Of a stretch of DNA of 50,845 bases, positions 1 to 8,332 are shown one piece after another. The position numbers and the translations under genes are program-made. The notes below the pieces were generated by a model that did not search any database, was not told the DNA's origin, and worked only from the letters and a program-made list of their open reading frames with translations. Every line of letters begins with the position of its first letter. Within the stretch, counting starts at the first letter, position 1. The DNA comes from Candidatus Aminicenantes bacterium (lineage in GTDB: Bacteria > Acidobacteriota > Aminicenantia > Aminicenantales > Saccharicenantaceae): contig JADGNU010000003.1 of NCBI GenBank assembly GCA_017883305.1, forward strand, positions 1 to 50,845, read 5' to 3'.

Positions 1-615
1 GAAACGGGTACGGTCGCGGTGCTCAACCTCTTCGAGCGCGCCGGGGACCGGACCTACGATTCTTCGCCGGTCATCGATGCCGACGGGACGATCCTCGGCA
101 TCACACGCATGGTCCACATCATGGAAGGCCCCGGATTCCACGAACGCGGCTACTACGCGCCCGGCGACCGGGAGAGATTCGTCTTTTCCACGGCGGCCGG
201 CCGGATCGGTGTGGCCATCTGCTACGATCGTCATTTTCCGGAATATATGAGGGGGCTGCGCCTGGCCGGCGCTGAGCTCGTGGTCGTGCCCCAAGCCGGG
301 ACGGTGGGGGAGTGGACCGAAGGGATCTTCGAAGCCGAGCTCCAGGTGGCGGCTTTCCAGAACGGCTACTATGCCGCCCTCGTCAACCGGGTCGGGCGCG
401 AGGAAGGGCTCGAGTTCGCCGGCGAGTCCTTTGTCGTCGACCCCGACGGCCTGGTCATCGCCCGGGCGCCTGGCGGCCTGGATCGCATTCTCTATGCCGA
501 TTGCGATTTCGCCAGGAACGCGGCCTCGCACGCGGCCCGTCATTTCCTCGGGGACCGCAGGCCATCGGTCTACGGGGCGATGGGCCTCGCGGACTCCGGC
601 AAGGAGGACCGCTAA
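1..615 (+). CDS. Carbon-nitrogen hydrolase (nitrilase superfamily; N-carbamoylputrescine amidase/beta-ureidopropionase-like), 5'-truncated by the window edge
   Basis: Frame is open from base 1. Motifs GVAICYDRHFPE (nucleophile Cys), AFQNGYYAALVNRVG and FAGESFVVDPDG. The usual RKxHI reads RMVHI. Confidence 0.9.
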   Translation, partial: ETGTVAVLNLFERAGDRTYDSSPVIDADGTILGITRMVHIMEGPGFHERGYYAPGDRERFVFSTAAGRIGVAICYDRHFPEYMRGLRLAGAELVVVPQAGTVGEWTEGIFEAELQVAAFQNGYYAALVNRVGREEGLEFAGESFVVDPDGLVIARAPGGLDRILYADCDFARNAASHAARHFLGDRRPSVYGAMGLADSGKEDR

Positions 616-1091
616 TGCCTCGCTGGTACGTCATCAACACGAGGCCGAAGAAGGAGAGCCAGGTCGAGCGGCTCTTTATCGAGGGCGGATTCACGATCTA
701 TTGCCCGAAATACGTCCGGGAAAAGCGGGTCACGTCATTTTTCCCCGGATATGCGTTTCTCCAGTTCGAATTCCCGGACCAGTTCCAGATGGTCAAGTAT
801 ACCCGCGGCGTCAAACGCGTGGTCGGCAACGACGCCGGCCCCACGCCCATCCCGACCGAGATCGTCGAGGGCATCAAGTCCCGGGAGCGGGACGGGCTCA
901 TCGTCTTCGAGAGATACGGCCAGGAGCCGGCGGTCGGGGACGAGATCGAAGTCGTCGAGGGCCCGCTCAAGGGCCTCAAGGGCATCTTCCGCAAAGAGGT
1001 CGGCGACAGCGAGCGGGTGATGATCCTCCTGAACTACGTCTCCTACCAGGGCATGCTGCTCATCGAAAAGGACAAGCTCAAGAAAATCTAG
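615..1091 (+). CDS. NusG paralogue (RfaH/UpxY-like transcription antitermination factor)
   Basis: ATG at 615 overlaps the upstream TAA, with SD AGGAGG at 602-607. NGN domain (WYVINTRPKKE, FPGYAFLQF, KYTRGVKRVVG) and KOW domain (GDEIEVVEGPLKGLKG). 158 aa. Confidence 0.88.
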   Translation: MPRWYVINTRPKKESQVERLFIEGGFTIYCPKYVREKRVTSFFPGYAFLQFEFPDQFQMVKYTRGVKRVVGNDAGPTPIPTEIVEGIKSRERDGLIVFERYGQEPAVGDEIEVVEGPLKGLKGIFRKEVGDSERVMILLNYVSYQGMLLIEKDKLKKI

Positions 1092-1096
1092 GCGGC

Positions 1097-2206
1097 CTAT
1101 TTCCCGGCCTTCAGCGCGTCGAGGAAGGGCTGCTTGAGGCTGTTCGAAGAGAAATAAACCACCCCGTCGGCCCTAAGGGCCTTGCTCGTCCGCATCTGCT
1201 CGATCATCCCCTCGGGCGTGTTCTGGTTGTGCGACGTGCCGATGCCGATCCCCGGACAGACGAGCGTCTTCCCTTTGCCGAAGCCGACCGCTTCGCGCGT
1301 GAGCTTCTCGTAGAGCTTGCCATCGTTCGTGTAGATCATCGGATTGAGCATGTCGACGAGCCCTTCGCGGCCCCACTCGGCCCAATCCTGGCCGATCATG
1401 ACCCTGGCGTTCACGGCATCCGGGAAGACAGCGGCGCTGATCTTGACCTTGCGGCCCGTCGTCTTGAGCGCGTCCCTGAGCTCCCGGATGAAGACGGTCA
1501 CCCGGTCCGTGTTCCAGCGGAGCCACACGTTCCAGGCCGGGTTGCCCGTGTCCCGGGCCTTGACGGCGGCCATGTCGATGCCCGTGTCCGCGTTGAACAG
1601 CTTGAGGGTCTCCGCGTCGAAGCTGAAAAACGGCTCGGTCGGCTCACAGGGGTAGCGGATATAATCGAGGTGGACCCAGCCGACGTCATATTTAAGGACG
1701 ACTTCAAGCATCAGGCTGATCTCATAGGCCCGAGCAGCCGGAAGGGCGGGATTGACGGCGGCGACCATCTCCCGCTTGGGGGACGTGATCAGCCATTCGG
1801 GATGCTCGCGGACCTGGCCGAGGATGGCGGACTCGGGGAAGACGCAGAACCAGGGGTGGACCTCCATCTTTCTTTTTTTCGCCTCGGCGAGGAAGGTCCC
1901 GAAGAAGTCCCAATTGTAGGCCGCGTCGCGAACGCCGATCTCGCTCGCGTAGTAGACGTGTCCCGAGGTGTTTTTCACCAGCATGATCAGCGTATTGATG
2001 CCCGCCTTGGCATATTCATCAAGGGTCGTCCGCATCTTTTCGACGGCCGCGTCCTTATCGGGGCCGAAGAAGCCGGGATGCATCCAGACGCCTCGCACGG
2101 GCATCGCCAGTGACGATTCGGCCGCGCCGCCCGAGAAGGCGGGTGCGACGGCCAGAACGAGGGTCGCGAAAAAGAAGGACAGGACGGCGAGGGCTCGGGA
2201 TCTCAT
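1097..2206 (-). CDS. Secreted glycoside hydrolase family 10-like (DUF187/YddW-like) protein
   Basis: Start MRSRALAVLSFFF with a signal peptide and upstream SD AAGGAGG. Motifs RGVWM, EVHPWF, VHLDYIRY, GQDWAEW, PMIY. Confidence 0.8.
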   Translation of the reverse strand: MRSRALAVLSFFFATLVLAVAPAFSGGAAESSLAMPVRGVWMHPGFFGPDKDAAVEKMRTTLDEYAKAGINTLIMLVKNTSGHVYYASEIGVRDAAYNWDFFGTFLAEAKKRKMEVHPWFCVFPESAILGQVREHPEWLITSPKREMVAAVNPALPAARAYEISLMLEVVLKYDVGWVHLDYIRYPCEPTEPFFSFDAETLKLFNADTGIDMAAVKARDTGNPAWNVWLRWNTDRVTVFIRELRDALKTTGRKVKISAAVFPDAVNARVMIGQDWAEWGREGLVDMLNPMIYTNDGKLYEKLTREAVGFGKGKTLVCPGIGIGTSHNQNTPEGMIEQMRTSKALRADGVVYFSSNSLKQPFLDALKAGK

Positions 2207-2260
2207 CGAGGGCCTCCTTGGCGCGATTTTCCGGGTGGACCCGGGGAGACGGTCAGCTCT

Positions 2261-2290
2261 GATATAGCAAATGAATGCCGGTCGAGTCAA
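2261..2290 (-). promoter_or_regulatory. Putative sigma70 promoter for the GH10-like gene
   Basis: Minus strand TTGACT-N18-TATATC, with TG immediately upstream of the -10 (extended -10). Confidence 0.4.
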
Positions 2291-2312
2291 AGCCGTGAGG
2301 GGACCGAGGTCC

Positions 2313-3881
2313 TCAGCGGCGCGCCTTGCCGTGGCCGCCGCCGCCCGGCGTCTCGATCCTGAGACGATCGCCGGGCCCGAGCTTGACGTTGGCCTTCGAG
2401 CCGACGACCTTTGTCCGGCCCTGAGAAATGATCGTGTTCCGGCCCTTCGCTCCCGGGCCGCCGCCTTGCTGGCCATAAGGGGCGAAACGCCGTCTCTCGG
2501 AGATGACCGTCAAGTCGACCGGCACCCGGAACTCGTACTCGCGGACGATGCCCTCGCCGCCCCGCCGGGCCCCGCGGCCGCCCGATCCTTTTCTCAGACG
2601 GTAGGACCGGATCTTGAGCGGCAGGTTGTTCTCGAGGGCTTCGACCGGGGTGTTGAGCGAGTTGGTCATGTGGGTGTGGACGCCGTCGAGTCCCGCGGCG
2701 TCCGCGCCCGCGCCCATGCCGCCGCCGATCGTCTCGTAATAGGCGAAATGCCTTTTCTTTTCGGGGTCGTAGCCGCCGAAGGCGATGTTGTTCATCGTCC
2801 CCTGGCTGGCGGCGGGAATGCGGCCGGGGAGGGCCTTGGCCAGGGCGCCCAGCAGAACGTCGACGATGCGCTGGGAGGTCTCGACGTTGCCTCCGGCGCA
2901 GGCGGCCGGGAATTCGGCGTTGACGATGGACCCCTTGGGCGCGCGGATCTCGAGCGGCCGCATCAGGCCGGTATTGAAGGGGATGTCCTCCTCGACGAGA
3001 GAGTGGAAGACGTAGAGCACGGCCGAGCACGTGACGGCGAAATTGGCGTTAACCCCGCCCGACGTCTGCGGCGCGGAGCCGGCGAAGTCGACGACCGCCC
3101 GATCGCCCCGGACCGTGATCCGGACCGCGATCCGGATCGGGCGGTCCGAGATGCCGTCATCGTCGAGCTGGTCGGCGAACGCATATTCGCCGTCGGGGAC
3201 CTCGCGGAGCGTCTGGCGCAAGAACTTTTCCGAATAGTCCTGGATGAGGCCGGCGTAGAGGCGGACTTTTCCGGCGCCGAAGCGGCCGACCGCCTCCTCG
3301 AGCCTGGCCCGGCCGATCTCGTTGGCCGCGACCTGGGCCAGGAGGTCGCCGCGTCGCTCGTCCGGCGTCCTGACATTGGCCAGAAGGAGGTCAAAGACGT
3401 CCTGGTTCAGCCGGCCGCGCGAATAGAGCTTAAGAGGCGGGATGATCAGGCCTTCCTGGAAGAGCTCGGTCGCCAGAGGCATGGATCCCGGGGTCATGCC
3501 GCCGACATCGGAATGATGGGCCCGGTTGGCCACGAAAAAGGCCAGCCGGCCGCCAAGGAAGATGGGCGAGATGCAGGTGATGTCGGGCAGGTGAGTCCCG
3601 CCCCGATAAGGGTCGTTGAGGATGACCAGGTCGCCCTTTTCGAAGGTGACGGAGTCGAGCGCGGCCCGGACGGAGAGGGGCATGGCCCCCAGGTGGACGG
3701 GGATGTGCGAGCCCTGGGCCAATGTCCCGCCGTCCCGGTTGAAGAGGGCGCAGGAAAAGTCCTTGCGCTCCTTGATGTTGGGCGAAAGGGCGGTCCGGCC
3801 GAGGACGGCGGCCATCTCCTCGGAAATGGCCACGAAGACGTTCTTGAAGAGCTCGAGCTCGATCGGGTCGACCCTCTTCAT
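2313..3881 (-). CDS. Hydantoinase B / 5-oxoprolinase subunit
   Basis: Motifs SPNIKERKDFSCALF, IPVHLGAM, NDPYRGGTHLPD, AHHSDVGG, HTHMTN, ETPGGGG. Confidence 0.93.
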   Translation of the reverse strand: MKRVDPIELELFKNVFVAISEEMAAVLGRTALSPNIKERKDFSCALFNRDGGTLAQGSHIPVHLGAMPLSVRAALDSVTFEKGDLVILNDPYRGGTHLPDITCISPIFLGGRLAFFVANRAHHSDVGGMTPGSMPLATELFQEGLIIPPLKLYSRGRLNQDVFDLLLANVRTPDERRGDLLAQVAANEIGRARLEEAVGRFGAGKVRLYAGLIQDYSEKFLRQTLREVPDGEYAFADQLDDDGISDRPIRIAVRITVRGDRAVVDFAGSAPQTSGGVNANFAVTCSAVLYVFHSLVEEDIPFNTGLMRPLEIRAPKGSIVNAEFPAACAGGNVETSQRIVDVLLGALAKALPGRIPAASQGTMNNIAFGGYDPEKKRHFAYYETIGGGMGAGADAAGLDGVHTHMTNSLNTPVEALENNLPLKIRSYRLRKGSGGRGARRGGEGIVREYEFRVPVDLTVISERRRFAPYGQQGGGPGAKGRNTIISQGRTKVVGSKANVKLGPGDRLRIETPGGGGHGKARR

Positions 3882-5896
3882 TGAGAGCCCGCCTTGCGGA
3901 TAACGAGATTGAGATAGGGGTCGACGGCGGCTCTGTAGCCAGGAGGCAGGAAGGCCGTCGATTCCGGGTCGATGATGAGGGCCGGCCCCGGGAGGACATT
4001 GCCTGGCCTAAGCTTTGACCTGTCGTAGACCGACCCTTCGCGGACGGCCCGACCGGAGTGGATCGCCTGTGTCTTGACGAGCGCCTGGGGGTCCAACGAT
4101 GCGGCCCTCGGCTCGCGCCTGAGAGGGATCTTCGGGGTCATAGCCACGGCCTTGATCCGGAGATTGACGATCTCGACCGGCCGGCGGTCGTGCCGGTAAG
4201 AATAGAAGCGCTTGTGGAGCCGGTGGAAGCTTTCGAGGAAGGCCTGCCCGAGAGTCCGTGCTTTCCGGTATGGGACATCGATCTCGTAGGACTGCCCGGC
4301 GTAGCGGCAATCGAGCGAACGTTCGAGAACGATATCTGATGCCAGGCCGTCTTCGGCCATGTCCCGGCGCGCTTTCTCTTCGAGCTTCCGGAATTCGGAT
4401 TCGAGCTGGAATAAGCCGATCTGGGCGTCCGTTCTCATGAGGGACTTGGCGTAATCCTTGACCGGGTCCGACACGAGCAGGCCGAAGGCCGAAAGCACTC
4501 CCGCGTTGCGCGGCACGAGAACCGTGGGCATGCCCAGATGGGCGGCCATCTCGATCGCGTGCATGCCGCCCGCCCCTCCGAAGGAGAAGAGCGCGAAAGC
4601 GCGGGGATCGATGCCGCGCTCGACGGATATGACGCGGATGGCTTTCTCCATGTTGGCGTTGGCGATGGCCACGATGCCGAGGGCCGTCTCGATCGCCGAT
4701 TTCCCGATCGCCCGGCCCAGCCGGGATACGGCATCAAGGCTGCGTTCAGGGAAGATCCTCATTTTGCCGCCCAGGAAGAAACCCGGGTCCAGGCGGCCGA
4801 GGCAGAGGTTGGCGTCGGTCACGGTCGGAAGCTCGCCTTTGCCGTAGCAGGCCGGCCCGGGATCGGCGCCCGCGCTCTGAGGTCCGACCCGAAGCGAGCC
4901 GCCGCGATCGGTATAGGCGATGGAGCCGCCGCCCGCTCCGACCGAGTGGATGTCGATGATGGGCAGCCGAATAGGGAAGTCGCCGACCCGGCTCTCGTGC
5001 GTCCGCCGAATGCCCCCTTCGATGAGGGACACGTCGGTCGAAGTGCCGCCCATGTCGAAGCTGACCACGTTGGGGAAACCGGCCGCCTTGGCTAGGATGC
5101 GAGCCCCGACGACTCCTCCGGCCGGTCCCGAAAGGGCCGTTCGGATGGGCTCAACCCGCGCCCGGAGCGGAGAGATGTAGCCTTCGTTCGATTGCATGAT
5201 GCGCAGGTCGGCCCGGCCGAGGCGGCGGTCAAGCTCGCCGAGATAACGGTCCATAACCGGCATGAGATAAGCGTTGACGGCCGTCGTCGAAGTCCGCTCG
5301 AACTCTCGATGCTCGGGCAGGAGACGGCTCGAGATGGTGAAAAGGAGGCCCGACCGCTCGAGCTCCCGCGCCACGATCTCCTCGTTCTTGGGATTGGCAT
5401 AGGAATGGAGGAGACAAACGGCAACCGCCTCGGCCCCCGTCTTTTTTATCTTCTGGACGATCCGGCGGACCTCGGCCCGGCTGACCGGCTGCTCCACGCG
5501 CCCGGAGGCGAGGGTCCTTTCCTTCAGCCCAAATCTGAGAGCGGCCGGGATAAGTTCGAACCGGCTTTCGGGTTGAAGGGCATAAAGATTCCGACGGGTC
5601 TGCCGGCCGATGGCCAGGACGTCCTCGAATCCCGCTGTCGTGATCAGGGCGATGTGGCCGCCTTTGCGCTGGAGGAGGGCATTGGTGGCCACGGTCGTGC
5701 CGTGGACGATGAATGCGGCGGGGGAGTCCTTCAGGATATCGCGGACGCCTTCGAAGATCGCCAGCGACGGGTCCTGCGGGGTCGAGAGGACTTTCCGATT
5801 GGAGAGCCGGCCGTTCCGCCAGATGACAAAGTCCGTGAACGTTCCGCCGGTATCCACCCCGATGCGGATTGAGCCGGAATCCTTTTGGCGTCCCAT
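3878..5896 (-). CDS. Hydantoinase A / 5-oxoprolinase ATP-binding subunit
   Basis: Motifs GVDTGGTFTD, HGTTVATNA, SGPAGGV, DMGGTSTD, GAGGGS, SAGADPGPACY. 4-bp overlap with the B-subunit gene. Confidence 0.93.
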   Translation of the reverse strand: MGRQKDSGSIRIGVDTGGTFTDFVIWRNGRLSNRKVLSTPQDPSLAIFEGVRDILKDSPAAFIVHGTTVATNALLQRKGGHIALITTAGFEDVLAIGRQTRRNLYALQPESRFELIPAALRFGLKERTLASGRVEQPVSRAEVRRIVQKIKKTGAEAVAVCLLHSYANPKNEEIVARELERSGLLFTISSRLLPEHREFERTSTTAVNAYLMPVMDRYLGELDRRLGRADLRIMQSNEGYISPLRARVEPIRTALSGPAGGVVGARILAKAAGFPNVVSFDMGGTSTDVSLIEGGIRRTHESRVGDFPIRLPIIDIHSVGAGGGSIAYTDRGGSLRVGPQSAGADPGPACYGKGELPTVTDANLCLGRLDPGFFLGGKMRIFPERSLDAVSRLGRAIGKSAIETALGIVAIANANMEKAIRVISVERGIDPRAFALFSFGGAGGMHAIEMAAHLGMPTVLVPRNAGVLSAFGLLVSDPVKDYAKSLMRTDAQIGLFQLESEFRKLEEKARRDMAEDGLASDIVLERSLDCRYAGQSYEIDVPYRKARTLGQAFLESFHRLHKRFYSYRHDRRPVEIVNLRIKAVAMTPKIPLRREPRAASLDPQALVKTQAIHSGRAVREGSVYDRSKLRPGNVLPGPALIIDPESTAFLPPGYRAAVDPYLNLVIRKAGSQ

Positions 5897-5967
5897 GGTC
5901 GAGGAGGTATTAGACCGTTAACACGGGAGCCAAGTCAAGCTGGCGAAGTCCGGGAAGCAAGGGCCTC

Positions 5968-6186
5968 TTAGTGACAGGTGCTGCAGGACTTGCTCGAGCA
6001 GCTGCGGCAGCTCGAAGAGGAGGCTTTGATGCGGCTGGAGCCGCCGCCGATGCCGAAACACGAGATCATCTTCTGGACGTCGCCCGACCCGCACTCGGCG
6101 CAGACAACGTCCCTTTCTTTGCCTGAGGTCACGAGGCTTTCGAACCTCTTGCCGCACTTCTTGCACGCGTATTCATAGAGGGGCAT
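5968..6186 (-). CDS. FmdB-family zinc-ribbon protein
   Basis: MPLYEYACKKCG...CAECGS, then a Cys-rich tail CRSCSSKSCSTCH. Confidence 0.88.
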   Translation of the reverse strand: MPLYEYACKKCGKRFESLVTSGKERDVVCAECGSGDVQKMISCFGIGGGSSRIKASSSSCRSCSSKSCSTCH

Positions 6187-6221
6187 AACAGACCCATTTT
6201 ACAGGAACCGGACCTAAGCGT

Positions 6222-6689
6222 CTATTTGACGAGCGCGATCGCCTCGATCTCCACCTTGACGTCTCGCGGCAGCCGGGCCACCTGGACCGCGGCGCGGGCA
6301 GGGTTCGGGACCTTGAAGAACTCGGCGTAGACCGCGTTCATCTTGGCGAAATCGTTCATGTCGTTCAGGAAGACGGTCGTCTTGACGACGTCGTCGTAAG
6401 ACGAGCCGGCCGCCTCGAGGACGGCCCCGACGTTCTTGAGGACCTGGCGGGTCTGGTCCTCGATCGTGCCCGTGTTCAGATTGCCTGTGGCCGGGTCGAT
6501 GGGGATCTGACCCGAGCAGAAAACGAAGCCGTTGGCGATGATGCCTTGGGAATAGGGGCCGATAGCCTTCGGCGCCTTGTCGGTCTGGACCTGTTTCTTC
6601 ATAATCTTGCTCCTTCCGATGCCGGCGAAGGCCCCCGACGCGAACGCGCCGGCGAGCCCCAGTGCGGCAAGAAATCTTCGTCTGTTCAC
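6222..6689 (-). CDS. ridA: RidA/YjgF enamine-imine deaminase. Core starts at ATG 6602; an upstream in-frame GTG at 6689 adds a Tat-like signal peptide
   Basis: Motifs [29 protein letters not shown] (catalytic Arg), [13 protein letters not shown]. Both possible starts have an SD sequence. Confidence 0.9.
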   Translation of the reverse strand: MNRRRFLAALGLAGAFASGAFAGIGRSKIMKKQVQTDKAPKAIGPYSQGIIANGFVFCSGQIPIDPATGNLNTGTIEDQTRQVLKNVGAVLEAAGSSYDDVVKTTVFLNDMNDFAKMNAVYAEFFKVPNPARAAVQVARLPRDVKVEIEAIALVK

Positions 6690-6725
6690 GTTCGCTGCTC
6701 CAACAATAAGATGAGGATGCTCCTG

Positions 6726-6785
6726 TTTCCGGGGGACACGCACAAAGAATACATGTCCCCGAAAAGCAGAAACGTCCCCATTTCC
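6726..6785. repeat. GGGACA/TGTCCC inverted repeat (REP-like), copy 1
   Basis: TTTCCGGGGGACAC(6726-6739)...ATGTCCCCGAAA(6753-6764), plus a further GTCCCC. The same core occurs at 47939-48038. Confidence 0.55.
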
Positions 6786-8240
6786 TCAGGCTGATAGGCC
6801 GTCGATGACCGCCGTCAGGAACTTCCAGAACTTGTCGACCGACCCGATGTGGACGTGCTCTTCGGGCGAGTGCGGATTCTTCATGGTTGGCCCGAACGAG
6901 ATCATATCCATGCCGGGGAACTTCTCGCCGATGATGCCGCACTCGAGGCCGGCGTGGATGGCCACGACCTCGGCTTCCTTGCCGAAGGTCTTGACGTAGA
7001 GCTCTTTCAGCTTCTTGAGGAGAGGGGAGTCGAGGTTGGGCATCCAGCCGGGGTAGCCGTTGTCGAACTCGGCCTTCGCGCCGGCCAGGGCGCAAACGGA
7101 CTTGATGACATCGCGGGTGGCCTCGAGGGCCGAGGCGACCGAGCTCCGCGTGCTGCAAAGGACGGTGAACTCCTTCTTGCCGGTCTTAACGATGGCCAGG
7201 TTGGTCGAAGTCTCGACCAGGCCGGCGATCTCGGGGTGCATGGCGATGACGCCGTGCGGGATGGTCATGAGGAAATCGATCAGCGTGTGCTGGCAGTCCT
7301 GGGTCAGGGCGAAATCCTTGCCGGCCGCCGCTCCCATGGTGAAGGCCACGCCGGGCTCAACAGCTTTGTACTCGATCTTGATCTTATCGAACGCCTTCGT
7401 GATCGCCGTGGTCAGCGACCGGACCTGGACGGGCGGGCAAGCCAGCACAGCGACGGCCTCTCGGGGAATGGCGTTATGTTTGCTGCCGCCCTCGATGCTG
7501 ACGACCTCGAACTTGGCTGTCGCCTGCGCCTGATCGAGTGCGCGGGCCAGGAGCTTGATGGCGTTGCCGCGGCCCTGGTTGATGTCGATACCGGAATGGC
7601 CACCGCGGAGACCGTGGACGTGGAGCTTGGTGAGGTTCTTCGAGGCCGCCTTTTTCCGTGCGAGCGGCAGGACCAGGGTCGAATCGGCCCCGCCGGCGCA
7701 GCCGATGGTGAAGATGCCCTCGTCCTCGCTGTCAAGGTTGAGCAGCATCTTGCCCTTAAGGAAGCCCTTCTGGATCTTGTTGGCCCCGGTCAGACCGGTC
7801 TCTTCGTCGACCGTGAAAAGGAACTCGAGAGGGCCGTGGACAAGGGTCTTGTCCTCCATGACGGCCAAGGCCGAAGCCAGGCCGATGCCGTTGTCGGCCC
7901 CGAGCGTCGTGCCCTGGGCATAGACCCAGTCGCCCTTGATCTCGGGCTGGATCGGGTCCTTGCAGAAATCATGGACCTTATCGGAGTTCTTCTCGCAGAC
8001 CATGTCCAGATGGCCCTGAAGAATGGCGCCGACGGCCTCTTGGCGTCCGGCGGTAGCCGGCTTGCTGACGAGGACGTTGCCGACCTTGTCGCGCTTGCCG
8101 GGGAGGCCGAGCGAAGCGGCCACCGAAAGGACATAGTCCCCAAGGGCCTTTTCGCTGCCCGAGCAGTGGGGAATGGTCAGGATCTTGGCGAAATGCTTCC
8201 AGAGAAGCCGGGGATTGAGCTCGTTGAGAGACGAAGCCAT
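6786..8240 (-). CDS. pepD: Aminoacyl-histidine (Xaa-His) dipeptidase, M20C
   Basis: Motifs LQGHLDMVCEK, TTLGADNGIG, TVDEETGLTGA, NLDSED, GGHSG, IHAGLECG, HSPEE. Start at ATG 8240 after SD AGGAG. Confidence 0.93.
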   Translation of the reverse strand: MASSLNELNPRLLWKHFAKILTIPHCSGSEKALGDYVLSVAASLGLPGKRDKVGNVLVSKPATAGRQEAVGAILQGHLDMVCEKNSDKVHDFCKDPIQPEIKGDWVYAQGTTLGADNGIGLASALAVMEDKTLVHGPLEFLFTVDEETGLTGANKIQKGFLKGKMLLNLDSEDEGIFTIGCAGGADSTLVLPLARKKAASKNLTKLHVHGLRGGHSGIDINQGRGNAIKLLARALDQAQATAKFEVVSIEGGSKHNAIPREAVAVLACPPVQVRSLTTAITKAFDKIKIEYKAVEPGVAFTMGAAAGKDFALTQDCQHTLIDFLMTIPHGVIAMHPEIAGLVETSTNLAIVKTGKKEFTVLCSTRSSVASALEATRDVIKSVCALAGAKAEFDNGYPGWMPNLDSPLLKKLKELYVKTFGKEAEVVAIHAGLECGIIGEKFPGMDMISFGPTMKNPHSPEEHVHIGSVDKFWKFLTAVIDGLSA

Positions 8241-8332
8241 GTTGTTCTCCTTTGGGATGGGTTGCCGAGACCCGCATGATGCCACAAATTACCGATGGAT
8301 TCAAGCCGTCCTCCAGGGGTATAATCGAGGCG

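Noticed and set aside
371-2113. 580-aa + strand ORF, and many other long overlapping or antisense ORFs (e.g. 2271-3884, 6849-8279, 24731-26344, 29202-31544, 37483-39510)
   Set aside because: Shadow frames of GC-rich real genes. They have Arg/Pro/Gly-rich or antisense composition and no family motifs.
8241-8332. Possible Zur/Fur box upstream of znuA
   Set aside because: No convincing AT-rich palindrome found by eye.
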